A stretch of DNA of 64,000 nucleotides, taken from positions 31,248,001 through 31,312,000 of the forward strand of contig NC_045712.1 of NCBI RefSeq assembly GCF_009834535.1. The letters run 5' to 3'. Numbering within the stretch: the first letter of the stretch is position 1; every line of letters begins with the position of its first letter. Below, in pieces: positions 37,430 through 50,051 of this stretch. A model generated the notes under the pieces. The model searched no databases, had not been told where the DNA came from, and saw only the letters and a list, made by a program, of their open reading frames with translations. The DNA comes from Camelus ferus. Taxonomy: Eukaryota. A program made the position numbers and the translations under genes.

Positions 37430-37690
37430 ATACTGTTTAGAACAAAAATTGGGGGAAAAACACACACATGAAGTACAACTGCTAGAGTCCCAGAAAGAAA
37501 GAAGGGTGATACAGAAAAACATTTGCAGAAATAATGATTTACAACTTTCCAGAGTTGGTGGGGAAAACCCCGTATAGCTGAGAGAATCCCGAACAGGACG
37601 AACCTCATGCGGCCCCCCAGACGCAGCGCACTCAAGAGCACAGTGCGAGGGAACACTGAGAGAAGAGTCGGCGACACCGCGATGCTCGGA
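37430..37690 (+). mobile_element. L1 ORF1 fragment
   Basis: gagtcccagaaagaaaga..aaaacatttgcagaaataatgatttacaactttccagagttgg resembles the GVPE..IFEEIMAENFPNL region. Confidence 0.5.
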
Positions 37691-37984
37691 AAGGCCTTCC
37701 CTGGGGCCTCCACACGCCCCTGTCCTCCCTCTTGTTTGCAACCTTTCCTCCCTGTTGACGCTCTCCCTTTGGCACAAATGTGCCGGAGGCCCCCAAGCAC
37801 GTCACCTATCCACCCGCTTCTGCTGGGAGGAGCTGTGCCTCCTTCTACTGTCCTGGTGATTCTGTTCACATACTTTAAAAACCTCTAGATTTTGAAATAA
37901 TTTTAGGCTTGCATAGAAGTTGCAGAGGCACTGTGGAGACTCCCACGAACCCGCCCCGCAACGACAGCCTGAGTGAGCAGAGCG

Positions 37985-38162
37985 CAGGGCTGCTCAGCAC
38001 CAGCACAGTGCCTGTGGGGAGGGGGCGTGCCCTGTGCACCGGGTGATGGTTAGCAGCCCCGGCCTGGACCCATGAGGTGCTGGTGGTTCTCCCCTGCGTG
38101 TGACAAACGATGCTGTCCCAGATGTTACCGAAAGTCCCCAAAGCACCCTGGTTGAAAACTTG
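37985..38162 (-). mobile_element. MER20 (hAT-Charlie MITE) fossil
   Basis: cagggctgctcagcacc...gtgtgacaaacgatgctgtcccagatgttaccgaaagtcccc...ggttgaaaact is colinear with the reverse MER20 consensus (cagggtttctcaacc...gttgtgacaaccaaaaatgtctccagacattgccaaatgtcccc...ggttgagaacc). Confidence 0.65.
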
Positions 38163-38722
38163 TCTGTATTAGCCCATTAGCTGTCTGTTCCTGCTGGAGC
38201 AGCTCACCACTCACTGTGCGGCCCAGGACAGGCACCGCCAGGGCTCTGCGGGTCCGGGTCCACCGGGGGCTCGGGCAGGAATCTGCTCCCAGGCTCTGGA
38301 GGGGGCAGAGCCGGCTCCTTTCCTCGTGCCCACGGGGCCCCTCCTCCTTCACCCCAGCAGTGGAGCCCCTCGGGCTCTGAATCTCCCATTCTCTCTTCTG
38401 CTCTGAAGGGGCCCTGGGGGCCACTGGGCCCTCAGTATAACCCAGAGTCACGTCCTCTCGCTCAGTCGGGGGACCGGGGCCTGTGCCCACCATGGGGCAG
38501 ACAGCACACCCAGAGGCTGTGCCGCCATGGGCATGGCAGGTGCCACAGGCACTCGTCCCCGTGTTCCTGCTGCTCCGTGGGTACAATTCTGCTCCCTCCC
38601 CACTCACACACGGACCCACCACCACCGTCAATGACAGAGCTGTCCCATCAGCCCAAACAAACCACCTTCCTTCAACCCCAGCCCAGCAATCTGTCTCTTC
38701 TCTGTGGCGTGACTCTGTCCTT

Positions 38723-39060
38723 GGAGACCCCTGTGTCCATGGGTCACATGGGGGGGGAGACCATTGTGTCTGTGGGTCACACAGGGGGGAGACCGTTGTG
38801 TCCGTGGGTCACACGGGGTGGGGGAAGCCTCTGTGTCTGTGGGTCACATGGGGGGGAGACCACTGTGTCCGTGGGTTACACGGGCGGGAGACCGCTGTGT
38901 CCGTGGGTCACATGGGGGTGGGGGAGGCTGCTGTGTCCGTGGGCCACACGGGGGTGGGGGGGACCGCTGTGTCCGTGGGTCACACGGGGGTGGGGGGGAC
39001 CGCTGTGTCCGTGGGTCACACGGGGGTGGGGGAGGCCACTGTGTCAAGGGCCACATGGGC
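38723..39060. repeat. 32-36-bp VNTR, consensus GGAGACCGCTGTGTCCGTGGGTCACACGGGGG(TG), about 10 units
   Basis: Directly visible tandem units. Confidence 0.95.
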
Positions 39061-41304
39061 ACCACCTTCTGAGATTGGCTTTAATTTCATTCAGCACGAC
39101 GCCCTTGAGGCCTGCCCAAACTGCTGTCGCGCACAGATAGTCGGTCCTGCTCGGTGCCGAGCAGCAGTCCACTGTGTGGATGCGTCAGGCTGTCCACCCG
39201 TGTAAAGACACTTGTTTCCAGTTTTGGCTGCTACAAATAAAGCTGCTGTCTGTGCACTTACATGCACAGTTTCTGTGCAAACCTTTCACTTCTCCACCAC
39301 AAACACACGGGAGGGGGCTGCTGGGTCTCTCGGTAAGCATATGCTAACGTTACGAGACTTTGCAAACTGCTGTGCAGAGTGGCTGTGCTGTCTCCCGCTC
39401 CTCACAGCACAGGGTGAGTGAGCCAGCTCCTGAGCACCCTTCCTTATGTGGTGCTGGAGTATTTAAAGTGGAAGAACATCAGCCTGTGGAGTAATCAGCC
39501 GTCCCGCAGACGCGGAGGGGCAGCTTGCCGGCCCGTAACCTGCACTTGCCCAGTCGCCACTGAGACCACTTCTCCTGGCTCGCTGGGCAACTGCAGCCCC
39601 GCTCTGGGACGTGCCTGTCCGCCTTCCACCCGTCCCCCAGCTGGACTGCTCCCTCCCTGTGCAGAGCCCTGTGACTCTGGAGCGCGGCCTCTCTGTGGGG
39701 CGTGCGATGTGCATGCCCCGCGCCCTAAAGCCCTGCCCTGTCAGTGTCTCTGGGAACAGAGCTTTCACCTGCACGAAGCCCAGTCCGCCAGCTGCTCTCC
39801 CAGGGATCATGCGTTCGGCGTCGTTTTTCAGAGCCCTTTGCCTAACCGTGGCCCATGAAGATTTTCCTCCTTCATTTTCTTTGAAAAGCTGTCTGGCTTT
39901 TCATTTTACATTCAGGTCTGCAATATTTTGAGTTCATGTTTGTATGAGGAACGAGGTTGAGTTTGCGCTCATTTCTCGTAACCCTGTTGCAAAGACGATC
40001 TTTCTTTATCAAACTGCTTTTGAGCATTCATCAGAAGTCAGTTGACCATATCTGTGTGGGTCTCCCTCCAGACTGTCCTCAGTCTGTCAATCGTGTGGTT
40101 ACTCATCGCCCGTACGCCTCCATCCTGGTCACTTTACCTGCATGGCCAGTCCAGCAGCTGGACACTTTGGTTCCCTCAACTTACTCTTCTCAGAACTGTT
40201 TCAGCTCTTCCATGTGCTGTGCCTTTCCACAGACACTTTAGAACGAGTTTGCCCGTGTCTGCAAGAAGTTCAGCTGAGAGTTTGACAGGAATCGCATTAA
40301 GCTTACAGAGCATTTCGGGGAGAGCTGGGGTCTTCACAACGTTAGGTCTTCCGCCTCATGAACACAGTATGTCTCTTTAAATGTGAAAATCATCTTGGAT
40401 GTATTTTATCAATATCTTGAAGTTCTCAGCAAACCCAGCCTGTGCGTGGTTGTCAGATTTACATACGTCTCGTGTGTGGGGTTTGTGCGTGTGCATGTGT
40501 GCACGTGTGCTGTGGAGGGAGCTGTGCTAAGGGGCGTTGTGTTTTAAGTCTTGGTCTCTGGGCGTTCGCTGCTAGGAAACAGAACGAAGACCGACGTCGC
40601 ATGGCGGCCCGTGCGCGTCTTCTGTGGCCTTGCTAACCCAGGAGCTGTTGAGTTAACGCCTCAGGTTTTTCTGCTTAGACAGACACATCCACAAAGAGAC
40701 GCTGCTTTTTATTTCTGCTTTTTCTGATCTATTTGCTTTTCCTTGTCCTTGCCTTACTGCATGGGTAGAGCTCCCAGGACCACGATGAGCAGGGTGGCGG
40801 GAGTGGTGCACCTGCCGGCCACACTCCTGCCTCCCCAGCCCGGCCCCCAGTGCCCTCCTGCCAGCACCCGGGCCTCACGGGGAAGGAGGGAACGGCTGCC
40901 TGGACTCAGCGCCCGCCCTGCCTCACACAGTGTAGGGGGGTTGAGAAGAAACAGAGCTGGAAGAGGCTGGCAGGGGAACAGAAGTTCTGAGAATGGGGTG
41001 GAAGCAGAGAGGTCTCAGCAGGAGGGAAAGAACAGGGCAGGACCAACATGGACCTAGGCCGAGGACTCCGGGGGCGAGACCCTGGGGCACGGTGAGGGAC
41101 TGAAGTCACGCCAGATGCGGACGGTGTCACCAGAGAGAGGAGAGCGCGAGGCTGGGTTGAGCGGGTCCTACGTGTCCTGTCTGTGGCCAGCATGCCTACC
41201 GGCCATCACGGCTCCTGCTCCCAACCACAGGGCCTGCGTCTCCCTCGGGAGGTCAGGAGGAAGGGGCTATCCTGTACCTGCAGAGGCTCCGCTGGACCCC
41301 CCAC

Positions 41305-41666
41305 GTGAGGCTGGTCAGGCTGCCAGAACAAACCCACCGCAGCCTAGGGGGCTTGTTAACAGCAGAAACTTATGTCTGAAACAAATCGACATCCAAGTCT
41401 CAAGTCTGGAGTTCAGAAGCCCAACACCGAGGTGTCAGCAGGCTGGTGTCTGGTGAGAGCTGGCACCCAGGTTCACAGACCCGTCTTCCCGCTGGGTCTT
41501 CACGGCGTGAAGGGCGCTCTGGGGTCTCCTTCTATGGATACTAACTCCACGCCCAAGGCCCTGCCCTCAGACCTAGTCACCTCCCTAGGACCCCACCCCC
41601 TGTACTGTCACCTTGGGGTCAGGTTTCAACGTGGGACGTGGGGACACAGACATTCGGTCCCTAGCA
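41305..41666 (-). mobile_element. MLT1A-like MaLR solo LTR
   Basis: ggtgtctggtgagagc..gacctagtcacctccctaggaccccacccc..tcaccttggggtcaggtttcaac..ggggacacagacattcggtccctagca is colinear with reverse MLT1A and ends in the LTR TG (…agCA). Confidence 0.75.
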
Positions 41667-44600
41667 CTGCCCCACTCAAAAGTGTGCCCCGTCCCCCTCT
41701 TGGCAGAGGCCTGCGTTACTCATCCCTCCCCCATTCAGGTCCTGAACGAGGCCAGGGTTGTGAACTGACCCCAGCATGTACCAGAGGCCCCCACCCAAGC
41801 CAGCGGCCAGCACACCTGACCGGAGCCCCAGCCTGCACCCCACACCACCCACCACCTCACCAGTGACAGTCGATGACCTAGAAGGCGCGTATGGCTCCAC
41901 AGCACGTGTCTTCACTGGAAAAACCACACCAAGCAGGGCCTGAGGTTGCTCCAGGGGCAGGATAAGGATGTCCACATGGCTTCTTCAAACGCGAAGGCTT
42001 TCTCATGTTCCTTCTCCAAAATGCGGTGAATCTGCCCTGAGCTCCCAGGGCCGTGGCGGAATGACGGCACGCAGTAGCCAGTCTGACCACGTGGCTTCCT
42101 GACCCAGCAAAGGTGATGTGGAAGCACAAGGGTGGCGTCTGTGAGAAAGGGGCAGGGCCTCCCTGCTGACCCTCCCCTGTGGGCACTCTCCTCCGTGACA
42201 GAAGGGAGTCCGGAGGCTGAGGACGGCCCTCACTGCACCTGCCTGCCCAGCACCCCCGCCGGCCCAGGAAGGGCAGGACCACACGACCAGAGGGCCTGGG
42301 GGACAGTCGGCCAGAGAGCCCTGCCCTCCCCTCCTGAGGCTGTGAGGGGCTCACGGACTTGAGCCACTGGAGCGAGAAAGGACGGCCTGGCCCCTCCTGA
42401 GTGTCCAGCAAGGCGGGCTCCAGCTCTCCTCTCGGGGCCTCTGTGCAGCTTTCCCTTTGCCGCCAAGAGCCGCCTGACATCCAGCGTCTTCCAGGAGCCC
42501 CGCGCTCTTTTGCAGGGTGGGCTTTTGTTGCTGGAAGAGAACTTAGCAGGGGGCAGCACCAGGTGGAGTCAGAAACGGCGGGTCCCCGCCTCCAGGGCCT
42601 GCGACATCACCGCCCACCGTCAGGGGGCCGGGACAGGCATGAACACCGCCCCAGAGGGCAGGCGAGGCAGGACGGCCTGGCACCGCAGAAACACAGGGGC
42701 GGGAGCAGAGCGCAGCAGACGGCAGCCCCTCATTATTCAATTACTCACTCTGTAAATCGAGAATTAACGTTCAGGGCTCTGGTGAGTGACATAATTACAA
42801 TTTAAGAAGGGCAATTAATCATCCGCTTGTTGTGTACCGCCTTGCCGGGAGCCGCGCTGCGAGCATGGCCACACAAGGACCACACCCGCAGGTGCACATC
42901 TGCCTCTCCCACCTCTCCCGGGAGCCCAGACCAGGCGGGGTCCCCACACCTGCCCTGGGTCCCTGTGCTGGAGAACGCAGGCCCTTCCTCTGCTCCATGC
43001 TCAGCTCTGAGGGGCCAGAGAGTGTGGGGAAGGAGGCGGGAGCAGAGGAGGACCGGCAGCAGGCATCTGCCTCCTTGCGAGTCACCCCTCCAGCCCCAAC
43101 CCCCCGCCGATGCCCAGCTGCTCGGCCAGACTCCAGGATCCAGCCAGAGGCATTTCTGGTTTCTTCCAATGGGAAGACTGGGACAGAGAGCTCGCCCGAA
43201 GGAAGCGCCTCCAGGGGAGGAGCCTCTAAAGGAAAAGCCTCGGGGGCCGAGTTCTACTGCACAAAACCTGTGTCCCAAAGCCACCACCGCCTCGGGCCGA
43301 ATCACAGGCTACTCCAGCTCCTGAGCTCAGTGACAGCCCTGCTGCCCGACACTTCCTGGAGTATGGACACCTGTCAGCCCAGTCCCCTGGTGTCCTGGTG
43401 AAGTCCCACAGGGCTGCTTCTGTCCCCAGTTTGATGGGCAGTGACAGGCTGTGATCTTAGGACGGGCAGGCCCCTCCACCAGCCTCAGGGGCAGCTGTGA
43501 CCGACCCAAAGCAGCTACGCCAATATAGCCCTGTCCGGCTGCAACTCGTCCTCTGTCCAGGGGTCCTCTGTTCCACATCCAGCCAAGGAGATGGGTGTGC
43601 AAGTCACTGGACAGCCGTCTTGCCCGAAAGGAGAGACAGATCCATGGCCTGCCCCATCCTGCTTGAGACGCAGGCCGAGGACTCAGGCCCGGTGGCCGCG
43701 AGGGATGCTCAGGCCCGTGGCGCGGAGAAGCGCCTGCTGTCGGTGCAGGAGGACGACACAGGTTTGGGCCGTGGAGCCTCCTCAGTTGAGCATTCGTCCC
43801 TCGCAGCCCGGAGCAGTCCTGCCCACTCGGCCACACTCCCGGGAGCACAGGCTCCCCATGCGCCCTCCTCCAGGACCCAGAAGCCTTAAGTGTCACAGGG
43901 ACTGGATAGTCAAGGGTCACAGCACATGGACCTCGAGGCCCCCACACTCCAGACCGGCCAGCCCAGAAAGAACCAGGCGAAGAGAAAGGCCCCCGGCGTG
44001 CAACAGGAGGAAAGACCAGGCAGGAACGCTGGCCTGCGTACCCGGCAGCGGGCTCTGGGCGGGCGTGGAAGACGCTGCTAGGTTTCACCTGAGGGGGGAG
44101 CCAGGCAGCCAGAGGACGGCCGAAGGGGCCTTTTGTACACCTTGACTTTTGAGTCCTATCAATGTGTTATCCACTCAAAAATAAAATTAAAGATGAAAGA
44201 ATGAATACAAAAAATAAAAGGGGGGCCCTTCCCCTGACGTGTTTCCCTGACTTTCACTGTCTTGCCCCGGTGATCTCCACAGCTTCTGTGCATCAACTTA
44301 TTAAACGTTTTCCGTAAAATCTACCTTCGCCTTTTTACTTAAGTTGGTTTTAAAACTTTATATAATTAGCAAAACTGGGAACTATTATCACGTGCCCTGG
44401 ACAGAGGCTGTAACACAAGACACAGGGAGGAGACCCCCGTGGGCTCCGGGGGCCGATCTGCTCCTGGCACACACACGCCGTTCAAAAGGAAAACTAGCAT
44501 CACAACACGAGGCTCTGTTCTCTGCGCAATCAGGAGTTAGAGCAGAGCTGAGAGGAAAAGCCCAGCCCCGTGCGACCCTCCCATCGTGGCCTCAGGGCCG

Positions 44601-44829
44601 TGGGCTCTGGCAGGACCCGTCACACTGAGAGCCAAGCAGGAGGGGCGCCTCCTCGCGGGCACAGTCCCGCAGGTGTCCAGGGTGCCCGCAACGCTGCCTG
44701 GACGCAGAGGGAACCGCAGATGAATCAGACATGACTCTTTCGTGCCCTGAGATGTTTACGACCTCGTGGGGCAGGTGCACGAACGCACAGGAGAGGTGCT
44801 TCACTCTCACGAATGTGATTTCTACTACG

Positions 44830-46050
44830 AAACCAAATCCACACACCCAGCGAAAACTAAACATTTTTATTTTCAACAAATGCCAGGACAAGTCAAAGAG
44901 AGAAAGAACAACCTTTTCAACAAACGGTACTGGGACAACTGGACACACAGACTTCAATCTGGGAAGAAAGGAGTTAGACCCTCTCCTCACCCAAGTAGAC
45001 CACAGACCTAAATGCAAGAACTAAAATTGTTAAACGCAGAAGCAGCCTAGGTGTAAATACTGGGGACCCTGAATTAGGCAGCAGTTTCTGGGAGGTGACA
45101 GCAAAAGCAACAAGAAAAAATAAACTGGATGTCATTAGACCTTGAAATTCTGTGCTTCAAGGAACCCCCTCAACTAAGCGAAGAGACCTCAGAGAATGGG
45201 AGGAAAACTCCACAAATTACGTATCTCATAAAAGGTTACTGCCCGGAAAATGCAAAGAACTCCTGCAGTCAGACCATGAGAGCAAAGTGATGCAGCTTAA
45301 AATGGACAAAAGATGCGGACAGACATTTCTCCAAAGAAGAAACACAAACGGCCGAGGAGCGCATGAGGAGATGGCCAGCACCACCAGCCACGGAGGAAAT
45401 GCCAGTCAGGCCCATGAGCCTCCCCCTCACACCCACCCAGACGACACGGTAGCCAGTGTCGGTGGAGACGTGGAGAAACGGAACCCTGCTAGGAAGCGCG
45501 TGGGCGGCTGCTCGGCAAGACCGTCGGGCCATTCCTCGAAAGGCTGAACACGGAGTTACCCTCTGCCCCAGCGACTCCAGCCCCAGGTAGAAACCAAGAG
45601 AAAGGGAAACGTGCGCGCACAGGACCTGGACACAAACGCACGCTACTCACAGCAGCTGGAAAGTGGCAACCATCCAGATGTCCACCCGCTGACTAATGGG
45701 TACCTGAAGTGTGTATAACCACACGACAGAGCGCTACTTAGCAATAAAGAGGAAGGAAGCACGGGTGCACGCCCCAGCACAGACGAACCTCGAAAGCAGG
45801 AGGCTGAACAACACGGCAGACCCGAAGTCCATGCCGGACACCCCAGAGCAGCAGGCCCACCAGCCCGGGAGTGGACCTGTGACCCCGGCGGTGACTGCTC
45901 ACGGACACAGAGTTCCTGTATGGGTGATGAACACCTTCCACAGCTGACTGTGGTGATGGTTACATGACTCTAAGAACACACTAGAAATCACAGACCTGGA
46001 CGCCGTGAAGGGAGAACTGTCCGGTGTGCGAGTCATGTCTCCGTAAGGGT
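44830..46050 (+). mobile_element. L1MB/MC-like ORF2 C-terminus plus 3' UTR, strongly GC-shifted
   Basis: accttttcaacaaacggtactgggacaactgg; gacagacatttctccaaagaaga; tgtgcgagtcatgtctccgtaa at the 3' end. Confidence 0.8.
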
Positions 46051-46639
46051 GTGGAAAGACGCCGCTCGTCCAAGTGGACAAATGGCCCGGACGGAGGTGC
46101 AGGGCTGCCACACCTGGGCACGGGGCACAGCCCTGCCGTGGAAGTGGGGAGGCCCAGGGTGAGCAGGAGACACCCCGCAGGCCCCCAGCGTTCAGCGCCA
46201 GTGCGTCTGAGGGCAGGGAAAGCTCACTACACACACACGTGCAAGTCTAGGGTTGAAGACCAGCATTTTTCCTACAACACAGCCCCAAACACAAGCCAAC
46301 CACATCCTCTGGTGTTGAGCTAAATGAAACAGTGATCTGCCTAATGTGGGAGACAAAACCGAGCACCCTGGCCCTGCACCGATCCAGCCTTCCCTCCTAA
46401 AGGGTGTCCATGGTCATCCTGACCACGGGTGGTCTCCGCCTTACCAGCGGACCCGCAGCCCAGGCTGGAAAATGTACTCCACTAAACAAAGTTGGAGAGG
46501 ATCGCGTGAACCGGCAGCTGAGCAGCCAGGAGCCTGGGGGAGGCGGACCCGGCACGGAGCCTACGCTGGACCTGGCGGGGGGGGGGATCGGCAGGCGGTG
46601 GTGCGGAGGCTTGTGAGGAAGGGGCCAGGAGGGGCCGGA

Positions 46640-46700
46640 CTGCCCAGCCTCTTGGTGCCCCAGGTTCCTGACCTGTAAAATGGGAACAACGCCCGATTTA
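46640..46700 (+). mobile_element. MIR core fragment
   Basis: gcctcttggtgccccaggttcctgacctgtaaaatgggaacaac resembles the MIR core. Confidence 0.45.
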
Positions 46701-46764
46701 GCTGATCTAACCCACCTGCGGCTGTAAGAGGACCCAGAGCCTGTCACCACCAGGAGGAAAAGCG

Positions 46765-46850
46765 AGTTCTGTCACTGACTGTAAAATGCACCCCCAATTC
46801 AGAAAAGCTAAAATGTGGGGGGAAAGTTCACCTCAGGATTGATGGAATAG
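46765..46850 (-). mobile_element. Tc2/MER104-like DNA transposon end
   Basis: actgtaaaatgcacccccaattcagaaaagctaaaatgtggggggaaagttcacctcaggattgatggaata resembles the recalled Kanga/MER104 terminal sequence. Confidence 0.35.
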
Positions 46851-48489
46851 CTCACACAGCTTCCCACACCGCCGACTGAGATTTAACGAGCAATTACATG
46901 TTAAGAAGCACCACCACTGCCGCTACCAGCGTTAATCCGACGACCTGTGCTGGGCCGCCCTCCACCAGGCGCCCGCAGCCCCCTGCGTAACAAACACGGC
47001 CCGTCCTCACAGACTTGTGCACCTCAGAGGACGGACCAACTCGGAGGCAGGAAATGCGCACGCCAGCTCCCGGGGTCTCAGCTTGGCAGGACATGAGCTG
47101 ACGCTCGTCCTCCTGGACGGAGAGGGGAGGGGACAGGTTCCAGAACCAAGGCAGAACCTAATGGAATCAAAACCACCCTCGGGAAACCCCCACCCTGTGA
47201 GGCACATGCACGCCTTGACCTCCGATCCACGTGACAGCCGGTGTGAGCAGGGCCCGTCGTACCCGAAATTTAACACTGAAACCAGTCACCACACGAGATG
47301 TGCAAACCAGGAGGGAGCAGACGGCCCAAGGTGGTGGGCGGGGCAGGGCCGCAGAGTCCCTGGGTCTCAGGTCACAGCACACCCTCCCCGCCCCCCGCCC
47401 CTGCAGATCACACCCGCTGGCCTGCTGCCCCAGGCCAGGGTCTCCCAGGCGCACTGGAAGGAGGCCGCACGGATGGAGGGAGAGGCCCCTCGCCCTCACA
47501 CCAGCAGCAACAGCTGTCCCAGTCGGTATCGCCCTGTGCCGCCTGGGTCCTGACAGCTCAGACCCTTCCCTGAGCCCAGCTGAGGGCTGCGGTGCCACCC
47601 CCACGACACCTTCCTGCTCCCCAGTCACCCTTTCAGTAGCCTAGTTAACCTTTACCTACTTTATCAATCCTTGGTAAAAACCTTCTGCTCAGATAACCCC
47701 GCTGGCTTCTGTCTACTGGCTGGACTGTGATCAACACATCCTCTCTCTCAGCGGACGTGGAGGCAAGTCACGAGGGAAGGAGAATGTAGGCCAACAAACA
47801 TGAGAGGTGTTCAACCTCCACCTGAAGCCAAAGAAGCAAAAATGCACACCCTGAGACAAGTTTCTGCTGTCGGACCAACAACGACGCAAGAGGCCGACAA
47901 CGCCCAGCCCCGGCGCGTGCACCCCACCCCCCCAGCTGCTGGCAGGGCGCAGACGCACCCCCACTCCCCGGGGAGGAATCCCAGAGCACGAGTCAGAAAT
48001 CTTTAAAATGTGAGTCTTAGAAAATAAGGCAGTGCAGGAGCAGACACGCCTGTTCCTGCTCCTTCAGGCAACACAGCTGAGGACCGGGACCCGACACGCA
48101 AAAGGGCACTTGGGGCCCCTGAAAGGAGGGGGCGCCTGGCTGGGCCTTGGGGTGCACAGGGACGGGGCCGTGCGTCTCCTGCTGCCTGGACTCATGCTCA
48201 AGGGGACCAGAGGGAGAGACCAAAAGCCCCCAGAACAGCTGCCTTTTCTAGCCCGAGGACCGAGATGAAGCAAGACAGACCCCTTCAGAAGAGAGCTTCC
48301 CCACTGCAGGCTGAGCCACTCAGACATCGCAGCCCCGGGGACTGGGACGGAGCTCCGCCTCCCTGCAGGGGGCACCTCCCGCTGGGGGCATCCCGGAAGA
48401 CTTGGGGAGGCGAGCCCGGACCATCATCCTGCAGTGCGGCGGACCCCACCCCCGCCAGGTGGTGTCAGAGGCCTGGGGAGGGGGCCGAA

Positions 48490-48700
48490 CTCCTGGCTGC
48501 GGGAATCCACACGTAATAAAACCACACAGGACTACACCTGTGCACAGATCTGCCTCCCAGGTGAGATGCCGCACCACAGACACACAGGATGGAACCTTTA
48601 GGGAAACCTCCAAGAGGGGTGCCCGGGGCCCCAGCCAACTATCTTCCCAACTTCCCGTGAATCTGAAATTATTTCAGAATAAATGCTGAAAACAAAAAAG
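48490..48700 (+). mobile_element. Old L1MC-like 3' end fragment
   Basis: actatcttcccaacttcccgtgaatctgaaattatttcagaataaa is a typical L1MC terminus. Confidence 0.5.
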
Positions 48701-49663
48701 CCACCACGAAGCAACCTGGGAGAACTTCCCAGGGAGAAGGACACATTCTGCCGGACTGAGGTGACTGTTATATGGCTGTCACATGCTGCTTTTGCTAAGG
48801 TCACCAAGCTGATACTTCAAGTGTGTGCCTCACTAAGGTTACTTAAAATCATGAGCTGTTTATCAAATCACATCAACAGTAACAGAATAAACAGAAAAGA
48901 CAGAAAATAAAGCTCTTTCCTCTGGAACAGCACCAGCTAAAAAAAGTAGAAGAAATGGCAGAAACGCCAAGTGACCGTTCTGCGGCCACCGGCACGCTGA
49001 CTCAGACAGGCCCCGTCACGGTCCCATCCTCCCACAGAGACACTGAGAAATAAGGGGAAACTGTCAGAGCTAACTTTGACAGAACTCTGAAAAACAAACG
49101 TTCAGAGCAACCAAGAGATGGCTGAATCAAGAAGAGGCAACTTGAAAACAGCAGGAAAGCTCTGTAACGTTCTCACGCGCCCAGCCCCCCTTCCAACAGG
49201 GAACCCTGGTCCCTGGTCCCTGGTTCCGGGGGTGCAGATCTTCCTGGAAACTACCGTGCGTTTGTTCTGACTGGTCTGGGGCTGCCTGAAGGGCTGCGGG
49301 AGGCACACCTCTCCTCGCTTAACTCAGAACTCAGGCGGGAGAGGGGCAGGTGCTGCTGGAGAAAAGATTACAGTTCAGGCAGACACTGCCACCTGGGAGG
49401 AAGCCTTGGGAGAGAGCCTTTGAGACATTAGGACATTTAATAGCAACCGTGTACACAGGCATATTGAGGCCAGCGGTAACTCACACGCTCAGGAAAGACT
49501 GGAGAAGCCCTAACCTTTCACCTTGGGCCGACCTCTAGGCTTTCCACAGTCTGGGTGACTGCCGAAAGGGCCCCCCGGCACAGAGCCGATCTGCAAAGAC
49601 CGGGAAAGGGCTTGGGTTTTATTTTCCTTTTTTTCTGGTGTTTTTTGTTTTTGTTTTTGTTTT

Positions 49664-50051
49664 TATTGGAATACAGTCGGTTACAATGTGTCAGTTTCTG
49701 GTGTACAGCACAGTTTCCCAGTCATGAGTATATGTACTTATATTTGTTTTCATATTCTTTTTCATTAACAGTTATTACAAGGTATTGAATATAGTTCCCT
49801 GTGCTATATGGAAGAAATTTGGGTTTTTTACCCATTTTTATACATAGTGGCTAACATTTGCCAATCTCAAACTCCCAAATTTATCCCTTCCCACCTGCTT
49901 TCCCCAGTAACCATAAGATTGTTTACTGTGTCTGCGAGTCTGTTTCTGTTTTGTAGATGAGTTCATTAGTGTCCTCTTTTTCTAAATTTCACATGTGAGA
50001 GATATCATATGGTATTTTTCTTTCTCTTCTGGCCCACTTCACTGATAATGA
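49664..50051 (-). mobile_element. Younger camelid-type L1 3' end (about 390 bp, 5'-truncated), sense to CHCHD6
   Basis: ttattggaatacagtcggttacaatgtgtcagtttctggtgtacagc..ttattacaaggtattgaatatagttccctgtgctata. Flanked by the direct repeat ttgtttttgtttttgtttt at 49645-49663 and 50052-50070 (putative TSD, may overlap the tail). Confidence 0.8.

Larger units (their letters stand above)
37870..40820 (-). mobile_element. L1MC/MD-like element (3' end at the left, ORF2 C-terminus at the right), interrupted by MER20 and a VNTR
   Basis: Reverse 3' end gattttgaaataattttaggcttgcatagaagttgcag; ttgtttccagttttggctgctacaaataaagctgct (39212); ttttacattcaggtctgcaatattttgagttc (39903). Confidence 0.75.

Noticed and set aside
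25480-39060. Tandem arrays considered as CRISPR-like or another prokaryotic system
   Set aside because: The units are contiguous with no unique spacers, there are no cas-like genes, and the context is clearly a mammalian intron.
38483-39205. 240-aa ORF with SVGHTG repeats
   Set aside because: Translation of the 32-36-bp VNTR.
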